Assembly (NCBI GenBank): GCA_002269645.1
Contig: NIVC01002973.1
Span: forward strand, 1 to 46,061
DNA from: Macrostomum lignano
Lineage: Eukaryota
Direction of reading: 5' to 3'
DNA length: 46,061 bases
The position numbers and the translations under genes were made by a program. Within the stretch, counting starts at the first letter, position 1. The number at the start of each line of letters is the position of its first letter. The notes under the pieces were generated by a model. The model made no database searches. It was given only the letters and a program-made list of their open reading frames with translations, and had not been told where the DNA came from. Of the stretch, positions 12,801 to 27,300 are shown piece by piece.

Positions 12801-15800
12801 GCTGCACGTGAGTTGGGGGGGGGGGGGCTACATGCAGGCCTTCAGCTGACTGGATGGGGTAGGGAGGGAGGTAGGGAGAGGTAGACTGCTCGATTGGGAG
12901 AGGTAGACTAGTAGTGTTAAATCGACTAAGTCTTCGAAACCGAAAAATAACTAAGTAGGCAAAATCGGATGCTTGTAGGCTTCAATACCTCTGCGTTCTC
13001 GCGCAGGCAAACAAAACAACCAAGTTAGCAAAAAACACGCTGACCAAAAATCACGCCCTTTTTAATTATTATTTAACGTGGGGTGGGGTTAGCAAATCGA
13101 GGGGGGTTGGCTCATGTACATTAAATAAAGAGCAAATACATGTACAATTAAATAAGTAAAACCCCAAAAATATGACAAAAAATGAACCTCCAGAACATTC
13201 CCCCCTTCCTGATTGGGGCCAATCAGCAAAAAAGCAGAAAAAAAAATTGCCTCCTTGAAACTTACGTGCAATTAATTGAAACGGTTGCAAGCATAATTCG
13301 AAAAAACAGTAAACTCCTGTAAACAAAAAAATAAATCGCGCGAAATCAGAAATTAACATTAAGAACGCATGCAATGTGAAGTGTCAATTGGGATCAAAAG
13401 ATAGTGTGCCAAATATAAACCTTTGCAATCGCTAGCCAACACAAAAAATCTCTGCTAAGAAACGAACACAAACGAACTCAAAGATGCTCAAACGATAATT
13501 AGTGAAATAACACGGGATGAAAAATGTCTTGAAAACTTAAATAATCCCTACTGTAAACATATGAAAAATATCAAAGCACAAAAACTGCCAAAAGAACTCG
13601 CATTCAAGCAAGCAACAGGTCTTTTTACTCAGAATAAAAAAACACAAAATACGCAAAAATAAGCAATCCATCACCACTTCAGCTATTAGGAGCAAAAAAC
13701 GGCAAATAATGACACGAAAAAGATAAATAATTCCAAACACCATAAACTAGCCGTCAAAAAACTACATATTTGAAAAGTTTTGTTTAGCAATAAGTCAACA
13801 GTCACTATTCACCTCGCTGCAGCACACACAACTTCGTCACGGGTCGCAGCACTGTCCCACCGCCAGTCCGCACCTTGGCCACGCGCACATGGCCGTCTCG
13901 TCCAGGAAATACCTCGAGAACTCGCCCGAGCGGCCAGTGTCCTCGAGGCGCATCCGCTCGTAGCGCCAAGACGATGTCGCCGACGGCGAGATCCGGCTGC
14001 TCCTTGACCCACTTGGATCTGGCGTTGAGTCTTGGCACCCACTCACGCAGCCATCGGTGCCAGAAGTGCCGCACCAGCTCTTGGACACGTCGCCACCGCC
14101 GGCGCGGGTCGCGGCTGACCTCGGTCGAGACTTCCGTAGCAAAGTCACCACCCAGCTGTCCATGCAAGAAATGGTTTGGCGTCAACGGCGTGTCGTCCTT
14201 TGGGCTTGCGGTTTGGTATGTCAGCGGCCTGGAATTGATGAGCGCTTCCGCACCTGTGAAGGCGGAATGCAGCTCTTCGTCGGTGATGTCAGCGTTGCTA
14301 AGGATGGCGCGCACAGCTCGCTTAGCGGCGCGAACCATAACTTCGTGGGCGCCGCCGAAATGGGGCGCCGACGGAGGCTGGAAGCGCCACTTGATGCCGC
14401 GCTCAGCTGCCGCTCTCTGGATTTTGTTCTGCTGCTCGTTTTCGAATTCTCGTAGTTCTCGCTCGCCTTTGACAAAGTTGCCGCCGTTGTCCGAGTAAAC
14501 TTCGAGTGGCCGGCCTCTACGGTTGATCATGCGCGCGAAAGCATTCAGAAACGAGTCAGAATCCAAGCTATACGCCATCTCTAGGTGCACGGCTCTCGTC
14601 TCCAAACAGGTGAACAGGGCCAAATACCTCTTCGTTCGCCGTCTTCCGCGTCCTTGTACCGTTTCAAACGGACCACCGAAGTCGACTGCCACAAAGCTGA
14701 ACGCTCGGAGAGAGTTCTTCAGCCTGGCCTCTGGCAGCGGCGCCATCTGCTGCACCTCCGGTCCTGCTTTTTGCCTTCTGCATCGCGCGCACTCCTTCTC
14801 CCATTCTCGAATGGCTTCGCGCCCACCGATCACCCAAAACTTCGTCGACATCGCTGCCAGCGTCTGGTTTGTTCCGCCATGTCCTTGATCTTCGTGATAG
14901 TGCTTCACCAACAACTTCGTGACCCAACTTCGCCTCGGCAGAATGACCGGATGCTTGGACTGATATGACAGATTCTGGTCGAACTTCAGTCTTCCGTCCA
15001 CTCGCAGCAGTCCGTCTTCATCAAGAAATGGTTGGAGACAGCGAAGCTGACTGCTGGAGAAGACTGGCTTTCCCCTACGCACCTGCTGAACTTCTGCTTT
15101 GAAAGCTTCTTCCTGAGCCACGCGTAGGATTCGATCCTCAGCTTCTTGCAGCTCCTCGACCTCGAGGTCACCAAGTCGTCTCTCATCTCGTGGAAGTCGG
15201 CAATTACTGATGAAGCGCTGAACCCATGCTGTCACGCTACGCAGCCTGCGGTAGCTCGAAAATCGCTCTGGATTCAAACGACAATCGTTGTCTGTGGTGT
15301 CGTTCGACAACAGAGTTACGGCCGCCGATTTACTACTCTTGCTCGCCTCTCGCCGAACTTCTTGATCTCCGTCAACCGATGTCGGAACTAGCCTTGCCGG
15401 CCAGCCATCCTCATCTAGCAGCAGAAACTCTGGTCCCGCGCTCCAGACCGCTGATTGGCAAAGGTCTTTGGCGCTACAGCCTCGCGATACGGCATCAGCG
15501 GGGTTCAGATCGGTCGGCACGTGACGCCACTGACAAGTCTTCACCGCCTCCTGAATGAACGCAACACGATTTGCTACGAACGGCTTGAAAATTCTACTGC
15601 GACCTCGAAGCCACCAGAGCACATTTGCACTGTCACTCCAGAACACCGACTCTCTCAGGTCTAAATCGAGCGCATCTGCCACCGTCTGGGCGAGTCGCAC
15701 GCCAAGCACCGCCGCCATGAGCTCGAGTCTGGGGATGCTGCATGCTGCCAATGGAGCTACACGTGCTTTTGCGGCTACAAGACGAACACAGATTTCGTCC

Positions 15801-18800
15801 AGGCTTGTGGCGCTCCTGAGATAGATTACCGCGCCGTAAGCCACCTGAGATGCATCCACAAAGACGTGTAGCACTGCCTTTTTGGTAGGATCAGGCCATA
15901 GACATCGTGGAATTTTCAGCATGCTCAACTCTTCAATCTCCGCTGCCCATTGCGTAGCCTTCGCGGCAACTTGCTGGTCCAAGGGCTCATCCCAATCCGC
16001 TCCATTCTGCCAAATCTCCTGCAGAAGAATTCGCCCGCGAATTGTAAATGGACTCAGAAACCCGCATGGGTCGAACACCATCGCAACGCGCTTGAGCAGC
16101 TGTCGTTTCGACTCAACGGACACTTCCTTCGCACCTGCATTTCCCGTGATCGCGAGCATATCATCATTGGCTGTCCAAGTCACTCCCAACGCCTTCGACG
16201 TCGCCATTTCTCCACGAAGCACGTGCTGCGCTTTCACCGCTCGATCCTCCGGAGCTACTGTCTCCAACACCTCAGACGCGTTCGACATCCATTTTCTCGC
16301 ACGCATGCCGGCTTTTTCCCACAGAGCTGTCAGTTCGCGGCGCAACTGGATAGCTTCATGGACGCTGTTCACTGAGTCCAAACTGTCGTCCATGTAGGTC
16401 GACTTCAGAATGGTTTCTGACGCTCTTGGAAAAGTTTCCTGATGACTCCTAGCATGCTCCTGCGACACGAACTGAGCAAGAAACGGCGAACAATTAACTC
16501 CAAAAACGACACTCTGAAACTCGAATACCTCAAGTTTGCCCGTTTCGGTCCTGTCTCGCCACAAAAATCGAAAGTAGCACCGATCTTCTGGCTTGAGGCG
16601 AATTCTGAGGTACATCTCTTCAATGTCGCAAACGATTGCCACTGGACCGCGACGGAATCGAAGGAGCACTTGAAATAGGTCGTTCTGAAGCTTCGGTCCT
16701 GGAAGGATGACGTCATTGAGACTCACTCCTTGGCAGCGCGCGGAAGCGTCAAACACGATACGGACCTTGGTGGTGTCCTTGTCTTCTCTGATTACCGGAA
16801 AATGCGGCAGGTACCATTCGGTGTTTTGAAGCTCACTGCTGTCTTCGACCTTCTTGAGATAACCTTTTTCCAACTGGCCTTCCAACACCTCCTGATACAC
16901 TTTTGGCAATCCTTCACTCCTCTGCAGTCGCTTCTCCGTGCTGATCAGTCTGCGTTCCGCAGCTTCACGATTGCTCGGCAGAGCACGATTTTGAGACTTC
17001 CATGGAATGGCTACCTGATATCTTCCTTCCACCACCGACATCGACTCCTTGACTACCGCCACAGCACGCTGCTCATCCGCAGTTAACGTCCCTCTTTCGC
17101 GGTTCAGCTCAGCTACATCAGGAACTTCCTCGATCGCCCACAACCTTCGAACCTGACTGTCGACCTGATCTTGACACTCGTGGCAGAGGAACGATTCCCC
17201 GCTCTTGCTGCTTCCCTCATCCGAACCTAACTGCCCGATGCAGGTCCATCCAATAGGAGTCAGTCGAGCTATTGGTTCCCCTGGCATTCCACAGACTTCT
17301 TTGCAAGCCAGATGCATCTCGGCATTGTCGACACCGATAAGCATGTCAACCGTCTTCCGGCTTGATGTTGACTCAAACGGAATGCCTCTCAGATGCGCCC
17401 AGTGCTCCGCCAGTTGACTCCAATCAACTGCCTTCATTCCGCCGGTTACTTTCTCCGCTGTGAAAGCAACAATTTTTGTCTCAAACGCTGCATCGACACT
17501 CCGGACTGTCACCTCTACAGGCGCTGTTTCAAACGACTCGACTCCTCCGTTGAGCACCTTAACGTTTATGCGCTGAAGTTTACCTTCGAGTCCCAGCTCT
17601 GCTGCTACGTCCGCATTGAGGTACGTGCGCGTACTCGCATCATCAAGCAACGCGTTGATCCGAACTTGGCACTCACCAGCCACCAATATCACCGGCACCG
17701 TCCTCAACGCAGTTTCCTTTACGACTTCAGCCAGCATAGTGCGCTCCTTCTTCGTCGCCGCTGATATGTCCTCCGCGGGTTTTCGTGCCTCTCCTTCGCC
17801 GCCTCTCGTCACTGCAGCTGCTGGTTTCGGCTCCCGCTTCTGGTGAAGCATTCGATGGTGTTTTCCTTGGCAACCATCTACGCCACAGGTTCTAGACCGC
17901 CGACAAGCTAAACCAGAGTGATTGACGCCGAGACAATGAAAGCACAGCTTCTTCTCACGAGCAACGGCCCATCGCTTCACTACATCCATCTCCACAAACT
18001 TCGGGCACTCCCAGGCGCCATGGCTTCCTTCACAGACACGGCAGTTTTTCTTGCGCTGCTCATCGGCTCTCGTTGACTCCGCGACAGCGCCAAAATGCGT
18101 TCGAGCTGTTTCCGTGCGCTGCATCCCGCTGAATTTCTTACTTTGCTCCATCTTCCCTGCTCCTGGCCCATTCTGTGCCGCAACTCCATGCACTGCCTCC
18201 ATAGCAACCGTCTGATACTCAGCCTCCCGCAGCAGCCATTGATGAAGAGCGCTGAGCGTGTCATTTCTGCCATTCTCCCCGACCCATCGGTGGTACCGTG
18301 CCAAGGTGTCAGTCGGCAATTTCTTTTGCACGCGAAGATGAAGCAATCCATTGCTGTCTAGTTCAGCTTCACGACCCGCCTCCATCAGATTGATAACCGC
18401 TACATCCACCAGATCAGCCAGCTTCTTCAACTGAGGCGCGCTCTCCGTCACAATGGGCCGAAAACGGTCCAAGTCCTCCAACACTAGCACCAGCCGGCGC
18501 CGCTCTCCTCCATATTCTCTCTCCAACCTATCCAGAGCCGCCTTGTACGCAAATTCAGAATGCCCTAGGTTGGCTATTAGCTTTAGCGCATCGCCCTGCA
18601 GACACTGCCTCAGTTGCAACAGCTTGTACACACGAGAGGAGGGTGCAGCATCTACACACGCGTAAAAGGCCGCCTTCCACCCCTCGTATTGACGCTTATC
18701 ACCTGAGAAACTGGGAATCGCCACCCGCTGCAATTGCCGCCACATGTCCTGACTGACCTGCCTCTCCGCTTCTTCTCTCACCCTCTGTGTACACTCTTGC

Positions 18801-21800
18801 TGAACGATTGGCTCTCTAAGTTGCCACTGTACACTGGCTGACTGTGAGGTGGCTGGCCTGGGTGCAGGGTTTTGTTTTATCGATCGCTCGCCTGACCCCC
18901 CTTCGTGGGCAGTCCAATCAGCTTTTTCACTCCTGTCTGGCGCAGCGCTTACACCCACCTCAGCCCCAATCGACTGTTCAGCCAAACCTGAACCTGGGCT
19001 AGCCCTTTCACACGGGCTCTCTGCCTTAGTGCTGCCAGTAACAATTTTCAATCGCCTCAGCTCCTCTGCCAACTGCTCATGCCGTTGTTGATAGTCTCTC
19101 TCTAGCTCTCTCTGCACCTCTTCCAACTCCAGCGCTCTGTGCTCTGCGGCTTGCACTTTTCGCTGCTCTTCCTCACGCCTCTGCTGTCCTTCAGACTCCG
19201 CCAAGCGATCCTGTTCCTCCCTCTCAGCTGCTTCACTTCTGCTACGATCTTTCCAGAACTCGGTCATCAGACCCACAGTCTCACCGTAGTCCTTTTCAGC
19301 ATTCTCCAGCTCCTTGATCGTTTGGCGACGCAGTGGCAGGTCGTTTCCGGCGAGCTCCAACAGCTTCTCCAGCTCAGTTGTCACCGCCTCGAATAGCTTC
19401 TCCATGAGAGTCGCTTGCTGTTGTACTTCGGCGCCGTCTTGACCACCAGCAGCGAGTTGTTGCACCAGCCGGTTTCTTCCTTTGGTGAATGCGGCCTTGG
19501 CCCTCGTCTTGGCGGCCTTCGCGTCCATCAGCTTGCGTTCTTCCTCGTCCGCCGGCGGGTAGTTCGACTCGAATTCTTCTCCGTCCTTTTGCATTTTTCA
19601 ACCACGCTCTGCTACCAGTTGTTAAATCGACTAAGTCTTCGAAACCGAAAAATAACTAAGTAGGCAAAAATCGGATGCTTGTAGGCTTCAATACCTCTGC
19701 GTTCTCGCGCAGGCAAAACAAAACAACCAAGTTAGCAAAAAACACGCTGACCAAAAATCACGCCCTTTTTAATTATTATTTAACGTGGGGTGGGGTTAGA
19801 AAATTGAGGGGGGTTGGCTCATGTACATTAAATAAAGAGCAAATACATGTACAATTAAATAAGTAAAACCCCAAAAATATGACAAAAAATGAACCTCCAG
19901 AACAAGTAGATTGAGGTAGACTAGTAGATTGGAAGAGGTAAACTAGTAGACAAAGAGAGGTAGATTGGGAGAGGTAGAGTAATAGGTTGGGATAGGTGCT
20001 AGTAGATTGGGAGGGGTGGACTAAGCAGACAGGGAGAGTTAGACTAAGTAGGCAGGAAGAGATAGACTAAAGTGGATTTGGAGAGGTAGACTGGTAAATT
20101 GGAAAAGGTGAACTAGTAGATAAGGAGAGGTAGATTGGGAGAGTTAGACTAAGTAGACAGGGAGAGGGGGAGAGGTAGACTAGCATATTGGGAGAGGTAG
20201 ACTAAGTAGACAGGGAGAGGGGGAGAGGTAAACTAATATATTGGGAGAGGTAGACTAATATATTGGGAGAGGTAGACTAATATATTGGGAGAGGTAGACT
20301 AATATATTGGGAGAGGTAGACTAATATATTGGGAGAGGTAGACTAATATATTGGGAGAGGTAGACTAGCAGATAAAGAGAGATTAGACAGTTAGACTGCT
20401 AGATAGACCAACTCCCTGTCATTAGTGCCATGATGAGTCATCCCAATCGTGTAAAGCGCATTTATGCGCGCCCTGCCTCTTTTGAGTTATGTATTTAGAA
20501 ATGATGCTGATTAATCCAGCATTTTTGAGTCTCTGCCACCTGCTGGCTGCGAGGGCGGTTGGCTTTGACCCTGTTGCATTCCCCTTTCTTTTTTATCTCA
20601 AAAGAGATTAATGATGAGAGAGCTGTTATAGCTCAAAGTAGGCCTAATTGTATGATAATGAGACGTTTGCGAGTATTTTCGAGTACCTTAGCGTTGAGTA
20701 TTACTTTCGAGTTTGTGAGAATTTACAATTATAACAATAGTATATATTAGTAAATTATCAGAGACAGCATGTGAGATTATCAGAGACAGCATGTGAGATT
20801 ATCAGAGACACCATATGAGATTATCAGAGACACCATATGAGATTATCAGAGACACCATATGAGATTATCAGAGACACCATATGAGATTATCAGAGACAGC
20901 ATGTGAGATTATCATAGACAACATGTGACACTATCAGAACACTGTGAGATTTGTAATATCTTTTCTTGAATGTTCCAGTTAATCTGCCTGACTGTTTTTG
21001 GTGTCGATGACAGCCCAGCTGTAGAACCGCCAGCCCCAACTTACCAGCTGGTTCGCTTTGATGGACTGATCACCTGTCTGCCAATTTTTAGCTTGGCATT
21101 CACCTGCCAGACGTGAGCAGCGAATTTCTGTTGGGGTTGGGTGCTAGACTTTTAGTGACTCAGTAACATTTGGTGAATGCAGGTTTAGTAAAATGCATAT
21201 TCAGGTGAATCAAACAGATTTGATGAATGCAGGTTTAGTAAAATGCATATTCAGGTGAATCAAACAGATTTGATGAATGCAGGTTTAGTAAAATGCATAT
21301 TCAGGTGAATCAAACAGATTTGGTGAATGCAGGTTTAGTAAAATGCATATTCAGGTGAATCAAACAGATTTGGTGAATGCAGGTTTAGTAAAATGCATAT
21401 TCAGGTGAATCAAACAGATTTGGTGAATGCAGGTTTAGTAAAATGCATATTCAGGTGAATCAAACAGATTTGATGAATGCAGGTTTAGTAAAATGCATAT
21501 TCAGGTGAATCAAACAGATTTGGTGAATGCAGGTTTAGTAAAATGCATATTCAGGAGAATCAAACAGATTTGGGGAATGCAGGTTTATTGTCTTTGTCGA
21601 TGAGCACCCCGAATTGGGAACCTGTGTTTCCGTATGAATTATGCAACAGATTCGAAATTAAAGCGGTCAAATTAGTAGAGTGCAGATGTGCAGTGACATG
21701 CGATAGAATAATTACGTACTTTAATTTGTAAAATTTCTAGTCATACGCGTGCAAGACTGCGAGTACCCTTAGGCAAATTGGCTTGCTAATTTTAGCGGAA

Positions 21801-23992
21801 CCGTTTGCCCCCGGTAAACTTCTGGTAATTGTACTATTGATTTTTTAATTGCCATATCTAGGCAGCTGTTTCTGCTGTGCGACTCGCTGAGGGATCCCAG
21901 CATCAAAGTGATGAGCCGAATTCTCAACTTGTCAGTGCTTGGCTGCTGCACTTTCTACATCCTGGTGAGACTTCGCTTCCGTCACTGTGAATGCGATATT
22001 GAGGGAATAGGGAGTATTGGGTGAACGGGGATAGGATTGGGTGAATGGGGACAGGATTGGGTGAATGAGGATAGGATTGGGTGAATGAGGATAGGATTGG
22101 GTGAATGGGGATAGGATTGGGTTGAATGGATATAGGATTGGGTGAATGGGGATGTGATTAGGTGAATGGGGATGTGATTGGGTGAATGGGGATGTGATTG
22201 GGTGATTTGGGATAGGATTGGGTGAATGAACATGTGATTGTTTGAATAGGGATAGGATTGGGTGAATGGGGATGTGATTGGGTGACTGGGGATGTGATTG
22301 GGTGAATTTGGATAGGATTGGATGAATTTGGATAGGATTAGGTGACTGGGGATGTGATTGGGTGAATGGATACGGGATTGGGTGTATGGGGATAGAATTG
22401 GGTGAATGGGAATATGATTGGGTGAATGAGGATATATGATTGGGCGAATGGGGATGTGATTGAGTGAATGGGGATGTGATTGGGTGAATGGGGATATGAT
22501 TGGGTGAATGGGGATAGAATTGAGTCAATGGGATGGGATTAAGTGACCCGTATAAAAGTTGGAGATCATATTTCGACCATGTGACCGTTTTGTGACCCTC
22601 AAACGACGGTATCGCATGTGAACCTTCCTTTGTCACCCTTCAACCTGACCGTTGAATAAACGGACAACCATGTTACCGTCAAATACGACACTGCAATGCG
22701 ATCGTCAACAAATAGTCACAATGTGACCTTCCAATTTGACCGTAAACTATACGGTCACTCATGTGACCTTTAATGTTACAATCTAATGTGACCTTTAATG
22801 TTACAATCTAATGTGACCGTCGACTAAAGCCGTCTTTCCAGTTTTGGAATTCCTTTTAAATTTGTGTAATCATTTTTTTGCTATATTTTCGTTCATGCTT
22901 CATGCACACAAATAATTACCGTTCCGTGCCTCTCACATTTGGAGATCATATTAACGGTCACATTTGAGGGTCACATTGACGGTTATTCAAGTGAAAATTT
23001 ATTGACGGTCACATTGCAGGGTCAAATTATTAGCTGACGGTCACACTTGACAATCACAGTTGTGATAGTGTCACATTTTTGACAGTCACCAAATAATTTG
23101 TGACCGTCACACTTTTATTGGGTGAATTGGGAAAGAATTAAGTGAATAGGGATACAATTAGATGATGAAAATAGGATTGGGTGAATCGGGATAAGATATA
23201 GTGAATGGGGATGGGAATGGGTGAATGGGGATGGGAATGGGTGAATGGGGATGGGAATGGGTGAATGGGGATGGGAATGGGTGAATGGGGATGGGAATGG
23301 GTGAATGGGAATAAGATTTAGTGAATGGGGATGGGAAAGGGTGAATATCGACATGGTTGGGTAAACGGGGACATGACGGGGACATTGGGAGTGGGGAGAG
23401 GAGGCAGCAGCTGCTGCATTTTGCTAACCTTTCCGCCGCTATGCCATCTATTTGAATTCCATTCTGTATTTCTAAAAGTTCTAATTATACTAGAGCATGA
23501 ACTTTTGTGTAGTACACTCTCTGGTTTGCTCCTAGGCCGTTGCCCCCTTGTCTCCCCGATCTCTCTCTTCCCCTTAGTGGATTTTTCCAAGAGATCCGAG
23601 GCCCGTTCTCTATGCCTGACCCGTCTGCATTGCGTGCCCACGAGGTTTAGAACTGTGCTGAAGAAAAGTACACTGTGCAGCATAGCGATACTGTCTATCT
23701 ATTCTATATCTAGGCAGTGCGTGAAAGTCTTGATAGTGGCATTTGTATTACAGATGCCAGATTTTCCTAGTGCTATAACTTATTTCTCTCCGCCTGTCTG
23801 CCCTGCCGCGTGTTTGACATATTTCTGCAAATCATGCAGTTTGCTATTTTCTTGCAGCGTGCACTTTTAACTTAGCAATCTGCCTGTCTGTCTGTATGCC
23901 TGTCTTTCTGTCTGTATGTCGGTCTGTCTGTCTGTCTGTTTGTCCGTCTATCAATCTTTATGTTTGTCTGTCTGTCTGCCTGCCTGCCTGCC

Positions 23993-24035
<43 letters not shown>

Positions 24036-24074
24036 ATGCCTGCCTGTCTGTGTGTGTGTTTGTGTGTCTGTCTA

Positions 24075-24107
<33 letters not shown>

Positions 24108-24166
24108 CTATCTGTCTGTGTGTGTGTTTGTCTGTCTGCCTGTCTGTCTGTCTGTCTGTCTATCTC

Positions 24167-24201
<35 letters not shown>

Positions 24202-24228
24202 GTCTGTGTGTGTGTTTGTCTGTCTGCC

Positions 24229-24260
<32 letters not shown>

Positions 24261-24262
24261 CA

Positions 24263-24357
<95 letters not shown>

Positions 24358-27300
24358 CCTCTCCTTCATTCATTCCCCCTCCCCTCCTTCATGTCCCTGT
24401 CCCCTCCTTCATTGCCCCTCTTCCCTTCATTCCCCCCTCGCCGCTCCCATCGCAAACCAGTTTCATCCAAGCGACGCCCCTTTCACCCTCGCCCCTCCTA
24501 CCGCGCAGATCGGATCCCTAGGCTACATCGCCTTCGTCAACAGCCCGACGATTCACGGCGACCTCTTGGCGATGTACCCGACCTCGGGTGCCAGCGATTT
24601 CATCAAACTAGGCTTCGTCATGTCAGTCGCTGTCAGCTTTCCTATCATTGCCTTTCCTTGCCGGGTCAGCATCTACAGCTTCATCTATTTACAGGTGGGT
24701 TGTCCGAGCGCTGCTGCTTTGTGCATTTTTAGCCCAAAATTGGCGCTATTTTCTACTCTGAATATTGGCGCTATTTTCTACTCTGAATATTGGCGCCATT
24801 TTCTACTCTGAATATTGGCGCCATTTTCTACTCTGAATATTGGCGCAATTTTCTACTCTGAATATTGGCGCTATTTTCTACTCTGAATATTGGCGCCATT
24901 TTCTACTCTGAATATTGGCGCAATTTTCTACTCTGAATATTGGCGCTATTTTCTACTCTGAATATTGGCGCCATTTTCTACTCTGAATATTGGCGCCATT
25001 TTCTACTCTGAATATTGGCGCCATTTTCTACCCTGAATATTGGCGCCATTTTCTACTCTGAATATTGGCGCCATATTCTAACCTGAATATTGGCGCCATT
25101 TTCTAATTTGAAGATTAGCGCCATTTTCTACTCTGAATATTGGCGCCATTTTCTACCCTGAATATTATTGGCGCCATTTTCTACCCTGAATATTGGCGCC
25201 ATTTTCTACTCTGAATATTGGCGCCATATTCTAACCTGAATATTGGCGCCATTTTCTAATTTGAAGATTAGCGCCATTTTCTACTCTGAATATTGGCGCC
25301 ATTTTCTACCCTGAATATTATTGGCGCCATTTTCTACCCTGAATATTGGCGCCATTTTCTAATTTGAAGATTAGCGCCATTTTGCCATATTCAATCTTTC
25401 TATATACGCGCTGTCTTGCATTAGCTGGAAAATTTTGCGGTTTAATTTCGCATACTCGAGCTATCTATGCACTCATTCTCTGGCTTTGAAAATAGGGTTC
25501 ACGTGGCTAGATATTATACAGCATATAATCTGCTTTAAAGTGTAGGGTCTGAGTTAAATGGGTTGAGTATTGGCCTCTGCTACATACTATAGAGACTATA
25601 TAGAATAAAAAACTGGCCGACCCTAGCAACCACCCCCTGTTTTATCCAGTTTTTGCGCTCAAGCAGGTGGTTTATTGTTCTGTAATACCCCCACGCCTAC
25701 CCACCACTGGCTTATGAGTAGAACTAGATTTAATTTATTAATATATAACTGCTGCTCACTTCTGAGTTGTCAGGGTTTGGCATTTGCTGTAATATCTACA
25801 AGAAACTTTTTGAGTAGCTTTTTTGAGTCAACTCACGATTATGCACTCTATATGACCCCGTGTGTCACCTTACTTATCTGTCTACCATATAAACTACTTA
25901 CTTACTCAGTTGTCTACTCTCGGACCTACTCAGTTGTCTACTCTCGGATCTACTCAGTTGTCTACTCTCTCATCTACTCAGTTGTCTACTCTCTCATCTA
26001 CTCAGTTGTCTACTCTCTCATCTACTCAGTTGCCTACTAGCTGATCTACTCAGTTTTTGTCTCTCTGATCTACTCAGTTGTCTACTCTTTGATCTAGTCA
26101 ATTGTCTACTCTCTGATCTACTCAATTGTCTACTCTCTCATCTACTCAGTTGTCTACTCTCGGACCTACTCAGTTGTCTACTCTCTCATCTACTCAGTTG
26201 TCTACTCTCTGATCTACTCCGTTGTCTACTCTCTGATCTACTCAGTTGTCTACTCTCTGATCTACTCAGTTGTCTACTCTCTGATCTACTCCGTTGTCTA
26301 CTCTCTGATCTACTCAGTTGTCTACTCTCTGATCTACTCAGTTGTCTACTCACTGGTCTAATTTTTACCTACAATTTCTACTTATCTACTATATCATCTA
26401 CTCGCCTATCTACTTTTTTGGCTACTTTACGGTTCAGTCTCCAATTTAAGGTTAACTACTGTACTTTACACCCTAGTGACCCGCGAAGCTATTTAATCAG
26501 CTGACCTAGTCACTGTTGTGCGACTTAGTTTTCTCAGCCAGTCTGACTGATCTGCACTTTTATTTTTCTGCTTGCTCATTTCTCTAGCATGACTAATATC
26601 GAGGTTTTGGGGCGATTCTTACTAAGGTTTGGAGGCAATTCTTACTGAGGTTTGGGGCGATTCTTACTGAGGCTTGGGAGATTCTTACTGAGGTTTGGGG
26701 GCGGTTTATTACTGAGGTTTGGGGGCGGATTATTACTGAGGTTTGGGGCGATTCTTGCTGAGGATTAGGGCGATTCTTGCTGAGGATTAGGGCGATTCTT
26801 GCTGAGGATTAGGGCGATTCTTGCTGAGGATTGGGAGCGATTCTTACTGAGGTTTGGGGGCGATTCTTACTGAGGTTTGTGGGCGATTCTTACTGAGGTT
26901 TGTGGGCGATTCTTACTGAGGTTTGGGGCGATTCTTACTGAGGCTTGGGAGATTCTTACTGAGGTTTGGGAGCGATTCTTACTAAGGCTTGGGAGATTCT
27001 TACTGAGGTTTGGGGGCGATTCTTACTGAGGTTTGGGGAGCGATTCTTACTGAGGTTTGTGGGCGATTCTTACTGAGGTTTGTGGGCGATTCTTACTGAG
27101 GTTTGGGGCGATTCTTACTGAGGCTTGGGAGATTCTTACTGAGGTTTGGGGGCGATTCTTACTGAGGTTTGGGGCGATTCTTGCTGAGGATTAGGGCGAT
27201 TCTTGCTGAGGATTAGGGCGATTCTTGCTGAGGATTAGGGCGATTCTTGCTGAGGTTTGGAGGCGATTCTTACTGAGGTTTGGGGGGGGGCGATTCTTAT

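Larger units (their letters stand above)
12915..19904 (-). mobile_element. Full-length BEL/Pao-family LTR retrotransposon, antisense in SLC38A10 intron 2
   Basis: TG...CA LTRs at 19620-19904 (5') and 12915-13197 (3'). 5-bp TSD AGTAG at 12910-12914 and 19905-19909. PBS and PPT present. Single gag-pol ORF in BEL/Pao order. Confidence 0.97.

Noticed and set aside
13537-13743. 68-aa hydrophobic ORF after pol as a possible env remnant or viroporin
   Set aside because: Hydrophobicity is explained by T-rich 3' UTR composition, and it has no env features.
13780-19663. Numerous plus-strand and off-frame ORFs over the retrotransposon
   Set aside because: Shadows of the gag-pol ORF with no recognisable motifs.
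21932-23385. Pro/His-rich ORFs (QSHPHSPN repeats)
   Set aside because: Translations of the 20-bp minisatellite antisense to an intron.
23318-23683. EIGETRG as a GIY-YIG/Penelope endonuclease fragment
   Set aside because: Only a few residues match. No upstream GIY motif and no RT nearby.
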